Shown here one piece after another: positions 55,796-64,000 of a DNA stretch of 64,000 bases. Every line of letters starts with the position of its first letter. Position 1 is the first letter of the stretch. Source of the DNA: Euprymna scolopes (Eukaryota); NCBI GenBank assembly GCA_053919585.1, contig CM132813.1; one strand, written 5' to 3'. A program made the position numbers and the translations under genes. Below the pieces are notes generated by a model. It was given only the letters and a program-made list of their open reading frames with translations. It was not told the DNA's origin and ran no database searches.

Positions 55796-57135
55796 ACAGT
55801 GTCCAATTACGATGTCGATGTTGTAAAATTTCGGCAGTGTGAGGTAAATAAAATGGATGCGATTTAAATGGCGTCGGTGTGTTTTATTTACTGTACATGA
55901 TGTTTCATGTTAAATACAATAAACTACGAATTGCATGTGTCATATGTTACGTATTTTAGACTAATGTTAAGAATTTAATATTTTATCACCATTCAAACAA
56001 TCCTAGGTTTTATATTATCAACATCTCGAGCTATTCAATTGGTATATATTCTAGCATATCTGTTTAATTTAGTAACCGTCAAGTAAAATATAAAATTCTA
56101 AATATCGGTCTGGAATATACCGGAAGTCATTCGTGTTTCATTAATATAATCTGTTTACATTAATTTTAGAAATGTTAAGAGGGAAACAGTGCAATTACAG
56201 TTACTAGTTTATAGTATACGTTATAATTCAGAATATCGTATAATAATATTATATACGATTACGGCTACCCTAACTAACAAAATAAACAACTTTGTATAAT
56301 TTAATTTTGGAATTCGAAATCTCGTTAACCAACTTGAAACTGATATTTTATACATATTCGACCGTGGGTTATGTCGGACGGTAAGTTGTAAATACAAATA
56401 TAATAATACAGATAATATAATATTTCATTTAATGGACTAATATATTCAATTTTTTTTATATTACGGAAATTAAGTCAGTCTTTCCAGAATTATGTTTGAA
56501 AAACATTTTTCCAGTAATCATTAAAATTGATATGAAGATGCACCTTTAAATACGATTGGGTTTGCCACCATCATTTTACCTGGAAAACCTACTGTATTAT
56601 CAATTATCATGTGTTTAATTTTTTGTCAATTCACGTTTTATGTACAATTATTTAAAGAAAAAAGTGGCTGTTAATTTGGAAAAGGCAGGAAATGAGTACA
56701 GATAGTGGTGTCCTCTTGCATTATTAGGCACACCGGGATAACAATTCATTCAACCCTCTATATTGAAACAGTTTTACTATTAATTCACACGCATAACTAA
56801 ATGATGTAACGACGAAAGTTGACAGGCGAGTAGCAAACACCATATTTTCTTTTTTTTATTTTAATTATATGTTAAACAAAAGCGTCAATTTTTTTGTAAT
56901 ACTAAGGGATATCTCATTTTTAGGTATGTTGATGTATATTCAGCCATGCAGTTGTTATTTTATTAAAAACTTCTGCCGTTTTATTTAACTCCCTGCCGGC
57001 AATACGTATTTGATGAAGTAGTTTTTAGTACATCCCACTTCCCCTCCGTTACTTGTGGAAAATGGTTAATAATATAGAGAAGTGTTGCAACCCCTTTGAG
57101 CTAAGGCTTCATAGTTCGTGCATTCATGCTTTTAT

Positions 57136-57360
57136 GAGACTCGTGGCGCAGTGGATAGTGAAATTGAATGTCTACGGTTTCCGGTGAGCATGTCCAACGA
57201 TGGTGGTTCTAATCCTACCCAATACGGCCAGAGAATAAGTTAGCAAAAACAACTATGAACTGCATTAATTACTGGGGACAAGTTACAAACTTTGCTTTCC
57301 TAACTCGCCGATATCCTAGAGAAGGCCGAAAGATATTTTGACCGGAACCTGATGACACAC
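57136..57360 (+). mobile_element. tRNA-derived SINE-like sequence
   Basis: A box TGGCGCAGTGG (57144-57154) and B box-like GGTTCTAATCC (57205-57215); no cloverleaf; 3' boundary uncertain. Confidence 0.5.
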
Positions 57361-57914
57361 CAACAAATATAACAGTCATCAGTAAGAATGTATGCCTAAT
57401 TAATACCGTCAACCAAACATAGTGGCTTATTAAATCGTACGTTTATGATTACGATGAATCTAAATATATTATGATTTAGAGTTAGTGAAGAAAATATCGA
57501 TAAACAATTGTTATTTCACTATTTAGAACGTTTAAAAAATAATTATATCCTAAACACAAGCTCATGATTAATTACATGCACGTACTCGTATGCATACACC
57601 TATTATTTGGCGCACACATTATTCTACGCTCAGTCTTCGTTATTCGAATTGGTTATTCACATAGTTCCCTAATAAAAATTACCGCAGAGTATTGATCAGT
57701 ATCAGGAATTCACGTCTTTTATTCCTGATTTAATAACCCACTTCATAAAAGCGCAATATCTAATAAATAATATGATCTAAAAAGACTTTGATTAACAGGT
57801 CAATAGATATATAATAAATAATATACCGCAATTATAACGAATCTACGAATTCAGAGTTTGTTAATAACTTCTATTTCTAATGCATAATTTGTATTTTAAA
57901 ACGATACAGACTCC

Positions 57915-57998
<84 letters not shown>

Positions 57999-58020
57999 GT
58001 TTTATTTTTATTACCGTAAC

Positions 58021-58099
58021 TATCTGTTAGGTTACATTATTGTTTCAGCTACCCGGCCGTTTTTTGGCCGTCTCTAGCTTCGTCAGAATTTTACAAAAA
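58021..58099 (-). ncRNA. Type I hammerhead ribozyme, stem I partly decayed
   Basis: Minus strand: aatt CTGACGA agcta..ggcc..ggcc..tagct GAAA c aataat g TA acct. Confidence 0.75.
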
Positions 58100-58306
58100 T
58101 GTTTGTTGTTATAAGGTGAAAGAGTGAAAGAGTGAACAGGGGAGGGGTACGTGAAGAGCGGGGGGAAAAGACGGCTGGGTAGCTGAAACAGCATGTCTTG
58201 ACCTGTTGGGTGTTCGCTTAGTTTCGGAGGCGGGGGACTATGATTCGGTTTATGTATTTAGTTTTTATCTGTTGTTAATTGTTTGGAGAGTGTTAGCTAG
58301 CGGCCA

Positions 58307-59290
58307 AGCGCGAGCACACACATGCGCGCGTACATATATATACTTAAAGAAACGTTCACATGCACACATACATTTCCGCCCTGACGTGCAAATATATGAA
58401 CATATGTGCGCATGCATGCATAGATACCCGCGTCGCTCCCGCTTACGTCAAATTTTCCTTAAGGTGCTAAAATTGGGTACGTGTGCGCAAGCATGGATGC
58501 ACTCATACACAGAGACATACACACATCGACGCCACTACCCCCTAAGGGGGGGGCGAACACACGGGTCCATGCGCGCATATTGATTCAGGCTTACCTGCAT
58601 CCCCACGTATACATGCAAGCGCATACGCACACACAGACACCAATACACATACATCGACATATATACACAGCTGCACGCTTTCACACACCCATATGTGGAC
58701 AGCAGGCAGCGGGCAGATATACTCTCACATCCACACTCGTATACGTAGGTACGTGTACATATACATCGGTACCCCATGTACACACGGACGCACACGTGGA
58801 CGCAAACACGTGCGTGTACACACACATATACGCCCAGTTATATAGACAATTATTGATATAGACATATTCGTCTACATAGATTTAAATCTACGTTCATTTG
58901 TGGGTACATAGGTGCAATACCTTCGTTCGATGTAGACATGAGTATACATAAATATGAGCATAAACTCATGTCCAGAGTCAGATACATAATATTTTCATTT
59001 TCACTTGTGTGTTTTCTTTTTTTTATTAGATGTGGGTGCACATGGGAGCGCCAGTGTACTCCTCCGCATACATATACATACCTACAGACATGCATGCATA
59101 CACACATACACATATGCACACACATATGCTCTCGTTATATACATCTGCAAAGATACATACCCACACTTCCTCAAGCACCGATATGTGCGCACGAATATAC
59201 ATACATGTATATAACGTGATATGCCGTAAATGTGGGCACAGGTTTCATCCACATATACTTATATACGCATTAATAAACGCCCACGTCACC
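58307..59290. repeat. Degenerate alternating purine-pyrimidine low-complexity tract (PLE 3' UTR)
   Basis: About 1 kb of mixed CA/TA/CG/TG dinucleotides; source of the spurious H/T/Y/C/V-rich ORFs. Confidence 0.8.
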
Positions 59291-59914
59291 GGGATAGTGG
59301 TCCTAGGAAGCCACGTTTATAGATTTTGGGGAAAAGTTTGAGGTGGTATATATGGGGATTGAGTGCTGTAGTTATTGTTCTAAGTTGGGGTATTTGTTTT
59401 TTTTAGGGTATTATCGATCAGTTTAGGCGGACAGCTATATTGGGATGTCATACTCTAAGGTATGCGTTTATGCACATGAAGCATCGGTTAGTTGTACATT
59501 TCCATGCGTACTTACCTGTGTAGGTGTAAATCAACGTAGTTTTATGTAAACAATTTCCGTGTTAAGTCGTGTAGCATGTAGGGGATGTTAGTGTTGGGCA
59601 GGAGGTTGGTTAGGGCGAGGGGAGTTGAAGCCGATTATTGGGTGGTTATGTCGATGAGGTTATGTGGTGTTTAGAGATGGTGGTGATTGGGGGTATGTGC
59701 TATTTTGTTGAATTTATGGGGATTCTTAGGAGGAGGGGGCAAGGTCGTGTGGTGTGTGGGGGAATTTGTTTAAGTGTTTGGTTGAGTGTATTTCATGGTA
59801 GTTGTGGTGGGTGGTTGTATTGGGTATATAATTTGGGGGATTTATGTGGTGTTGTCTAAGGGGTGTTTTAGAGAGGTGTACAGTTGCTAAGGGGGCGGAA
59901 TTTTAATACTTACA

Positions 59915-60318
59915 GTTTATGGTGGGTTCCTGTTTTTGTTTAATAAGTTGTCTCTGTCTTTAAAATTGGAGATAAGGAGTTCCTCGTTTAGGAAGAAGAG
60001 ACATGGGGAGTTTAGGGATTTAAATGTGTAACGTTTTCTAAGGATTTCGCATGTATTGGTTGGTGTAAGCTTATTTTGGGTTAGATGTAGGTAGTGGGTA
60101 GTTAGTGAGGTTTTGTTGGGGTGGTTAGGGTTTGTGAAGGAGCATTTATGTACTCTGAATCTATCCTTAAATTAGGTGCCGGCTATGCCAGTATAATATT
60201 TTTTTGTCGTTTGGGTTTTCTTTAGGTGCGATTGTGGCTTTTTATACTACTTCTGTTTGTAGGCATTGTTGATTAAGCGGCCATTCGGATTTGTTGTTGT
60301 AGTTGCACTTGTTCTTGG
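59915..60318 (-). pseudogene. GIY-YIG endonuclease domain of a PLE (Naiad/Nematis-like signature)
   Basis: CNYNNKSEWPLNQQCLQTEVV*KATI..YYTGIAGT*FKDRFRVHKCSF..KTSLT..EIL..CLFFLNEELLI..NLLNK, with stops and one frameshift. Confidence 0.85.
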
Positions 60319-60740
60319 TGGCCGCTAGCTTACACTCTCCAAACAATAAAAAACTAAATAAAAAACCAAATCATACCCTCCGCCTCCGGACCTAAGAGAA
60401 CACCCAACAGATCAAGACATACTTATCAAGAAATCATCTCACCAACGAGAAGCCAAAAACTTTATCATTCAGACTCGAATTTTAAAGTAACCCCCTCATC
60501 CTACCCCTATATTCCCCTTCCCCGTCCATGAATCCCTACACCCTCGTCCACACCAGAAATTAACTTCCCAGACGCTCCCCAACAAGTTCCTTAAACGCCA
60601 AAACTAAAACATTACCGACATACCAAGCACCCCCTCCCGCCTTTCCCTCTTGCCACTTCCTCTTTTTCCCCCGCTCTTCTCGCATCCTTCCCCTGTTCAC
60701 TCTTTCACTCTTTCACTCTTTCATCCCATAGCAATGAACA

Positions 60741-60818
60741 TTTCTGTAAAAGTCTGAGGAAGCTACAGACGGCCAAAAACGGCCGGGTAGCTGAAACAAT
60801 AATGTAACTTAACAGAAA
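60741..60818 (+). ncRNA. Type I hammerhead ribozyme, core intact
   Basis: Stem I tttctgt-aa-aagt / actt-a-acagaaa; CTGAGGA 60754-60760; stem II agctac/gtagct plus ggcc/ggcc; GAAA 60793-60796; minimal stem III; GUA cleavage triplet 60804-60806. Confidence 0.88.
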
Positions 60819-60899
60819 GTTACGGTAATAAAAATAAAACGTATATTTGCTCTACAACAGTATTGAGCACTTTCTTCAGTTTTTATTAATTACCATTTC

Positions 60900-60956
<57 letters not shown>

Positions 60957-62320
60957 CTTCACTACAAAATTAATGAGGTATTTGGATTATGAGAAACATT
61001 ATTAACTGAATATAACTATAACGTTAGGTTGGTAGTGGGAGTAGCAGTAATAAAAAAGTAATAGGCGAATATAAATGTCTGAAATGAGTGGCTAAAACAT
61101 ATTCTTCACATATATTTGTTGCGTTTTCTTGGACAACTTATTTCATTTGCATTAATCATATGCTAATCATAAAAAATAGAATATATGTATTATAATGCAA
61201 TGAAAAGAAGCATATATACGTAGCATATATACGTAGCATATATTCTTATAGGGGTTTTTAAATAATGAGCCAATCCGTTATCAAATGTAGAATGCAAAAA
61301 TATATATTCAAGAAGACTGCATATCATTCAATAGTCGAACGTTTATAATGCAATAACATAAAGAACATTTTCTCGTTGCAATCTTTTGTATTTAGTTTAA
61401 TGTAAAAAAAGCTCGGGAGGATTAATAAAATGAAAAAAACAGGTCTTATTTTTTCTCATAATTGCCTCATACATATACATGCATATTTAGTAGACTATTT
61501 TTGTGTTGATGGTCACAAAAACAAAATGGTACACAATTTTTCGGTGTTTCATACTTTTCCGTCTACTTTTGTATTTGAAACAGAAAAAAGTGAATATGTA
61601 ATTCTTGTTCTGTATTCTTTTTCGACGGCAAGCCTGTTTTCAGTTGATATTTACGTGTAAATCGTTTAGTTCTTCGGTACAATATATAGAAAAGATAGCC
61701 GACCCTAAATCTCACAGACAGAGATTGTGTTGGAATAGTTCTCGCTGTGGAGTTTAGTAAAACTTCTTAGGTGTAGACGTACTTATAATTTTCTTAAGTG
61801 ATCATTTTTCGTACAAATAATTTACTGTATCTTGTCAGAAACGACTAAGCGAAGACCTATTAAAAGTAAACCCATTCGTCATAAGGAGTATAGTTGAGCT
61901 TTTAGAAAGTACCATTGCGTATTTCGTTCTGGGCAGGATTTTTAATAAAACTGCAATATTAACGAACGGTTACAAGTGCAAGTTAGGTAGGATTAGTAAA
62001 AACAATTAAGCAAAATCATTTATCCCACTTTCCACTGAAATTAACATGGTTTGAAGTAATATAATGTTGTACCATAAACGGCTTTAAGCAGTGATACATG
62101 CTGATACTATTTTCCTATGACTACGCATTTACGTTAGTTAATGTTGTATTGTATTAAAACGTCCTGGAGGAAAAAGAGGTTCCACTTTTCCTTTTCATTG
62201 ATCATAACCTAAAGAAAAACAGGAAGAAGAAAATAGATCAAATAAGTGGTTGCCACCACAACAGTTGGTAAAACATCCTTACGAAAAGAAGAGAAAAAGG
62301 TTCGAGTTGTGTAAACTACT

Positions 62321-63541
62321 CTAAGCATAGTAGCTGGAAAACAACGTTGAGTAGCAGAAAAAAATCCTTTTAACAATATGAAGGCCAACAGGGCCTAACC
62401 ATGGTAATTTTAAATAAATGGGACAATGTGATGGACCAATACGTTTAACACTATTAAATGTAGCAATTTTACGTTCAATAGTAGTTTTTATTATATTTAT
62501 GGGATATCCATTGCTAAGAAAAATATTTGTGATTTCACCAAGTTCCGCATCAAGACGGTTTGGTGAAGAAATCATAAGTGCACGATGTGTAAGAGCGCTA
62601 ACGAGGTTTATTTTTCTAGACTGAGGGACAAAGGAAAACCAATTAAGATATAGCCCTGTAAATGTAGCGTTTCTGTATACAGAGGTCTCAAACGTAGAAC
62701 CAACTTTAGAAACACGAACATCGAGGAATGGGAGAGAGCCACAGTCCTCGACCTCCATAGTAAATTGTAACGATGGATGCAAGTTGCAAAGAAGACGAAG
62801 AAACTGTTCATCTTCACTCCGTGAGGGAAAGCATACAAAAGTGTCATCAACGTAGCGTGTATAGAATGTTGGCTTAGTAATTTTGGAAAATAATTCGTTT
62901 TCCAAAAATCCAACGAAAATGGTGGCTAGCGAAGGACCAAGAGGGCTACCCATAGATATCCCATCAATATTCCGGTACATAATGTTGTTGAAACAAAAGG
63001 AGACTGATTTAGTAGCAAGTTCCATTAGTTCAACGAAAATTCGCTCAGGAAATTGTGGAGATTTTGAGGGGCCACGATATAGATAGTCAGCACAAATACC
63101 TATGGTTTCATCCAAATGTATATTAGTAAAAAGACTATTAATGTCAAAGGAAGCCAAGAACTCGGTATTTTTAGATAAAGATAATTTTTGTATATGAGAC
63201 ACGAATTGAAAAGAATTCGAGATACAATGGACCGAATAAAAAGAAAGCACAGGTTTAAGAAGATCAATCAACCATTTCCCAAGTTCGTGTTGTGCAAAAC
63301 CCAACATACATAAAATGGGTCGCAAAGGAATGTTAGGTTTATGAACCTTGGGTAAACCATACATTCTAGGCCTTTGAGGGCCAATGGGTCGGATTCTATC
63401 ATAAATCTCCTTAGAAATAAACCCGCTTTTATAAAGTTGAAGAAATCTTTTCTGGATTTTTATTTCCATACGAAAAGTGTCATCATGGCTTAAATCATCC
63501 AACCGGAGAAATTTATTTTTATCGTCCAAGATTTGTAACAT
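62321..63541 (-). pseudogene. PLE reverse transcriptase, 406-aa open segment of a frameshifted ORF
   Basis: YGLPKVHKPNIPLRPI, SFDINSLFTNI, DGISMGSPLGPSLA, RYVDDTF, LPFLDV, VYR..TFTGLY. Confidence 0.93.
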
Positions 63542-63918
63542 TTTGGAGATATAATCCGTTTTGTTAAGTATAACAACGCCCGATCCTTTATCCGGCGAGA
63601 AAGATAAATGTCGGAATTAGACCTAATTAATTTTTCCGCTTCAAAATGTTTTTTCTGCCAAACAAAATCGCTAAATTTAGTATTTATGGCATAAAACCTC
63701 CGACCTAATTCGCCCAACTGAATTTTAACACTAGTTAATTCATCAGTGGAGATAGGCGAATGGTGTTTTAATTGAGTATATAATAATTCAATTTCACTCA
63801 ATATTGAAATTTTATCAACATATAGGGAAGGAATGCAAAATTGTAAGCCAGCAGATAAAACAAATTCTTCCGTATTGGACAAAACATAAGAAGAATAATT
63901 AAATATATATTTATCCAA
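63490..63918 (-). pseudogene. PLE N-terminal region, upstream part of the same ORF
   Basis: IFNYSSYVLSNTEEFVLSAGLQFCIP is a typical PLE N-terminal motif; frameshift at the DKG motif (~63590). Confidence 0.85.
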
Positions 63919-64000
63919 ATTTGTTATAATCCCAAACTTCTTAGTAATTAATTTTTGTTTTAATATTTATGATAAGAAGAAGTACATTTATTGCGGGTAA

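Larger units (their letters stand above)
57993..60846 (-). mobile_element. 5'-truncated Penelope-like element with inverted pseudo-LTRs
   Basis: Inverted repeats 57993-58306 and 60319-60846 each carry a hammerhead; GIY-YIG pseudogene at 59915-60318; flanked by (TA)n. Confidence 0.88.
62260..64000 (-). mobile_element. Penelope-like element (Poseidon/Penelope-type RT), running off the window end
   Basis: ORFs 63490-63918 and 62321-63541 joined by a frameshift; homology stops at KDVLP (~62270), before the GIY-YIG domain. Confidence 0.92.

Noticed and set aside
57305-57360. GAAA and CTGATGA near the SINE-like element as a hammerhead
   Set aside because: The motif order and stems do not fit any hammerhead topology.
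58206-59341. Overlapping H/T/Y/C/V-rich ORFs
   Set aside because: They arise from alternating purine-pyrimidine low complexity in the PLE UTR.

Overview
AT-rich eukaryotic scaffold, most likely from an invertebrate animal, with six N-gaps and many (TA)n microsatellites. No intact host gene is recognisable, and most ORFs in the track are microsatellite, gap or antisense artefacts. The window is mainly transposon-derived. It holds four Penelope-like element (PLE) remnants, a young non-coding LTR element (4907-9055), an older RT-deleted Gypsy element (42507-45623), solo LTRs, IR/DR-type Tc1 copies, DD37D-like and DD34D mariner relics, a MITE, non-autonomous Helitrons and LINE/SINE fragments. The most interesting signals are RNA-level. 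(i) Type I hammerhead ribozymes occur in inverted pairs, one with an apparently intact core at 60741-60818. (ii) The non-autonomous LTR element has near-identical LTRs, a 4-bp TSD, a tRNA-His-like PBS and a PPT. It carries an internal tRNA-Lys(UUU)-derived Pol III module and perfect hairpins next to both priming sites. All calls were made by eye; no searches or folding programs were run.
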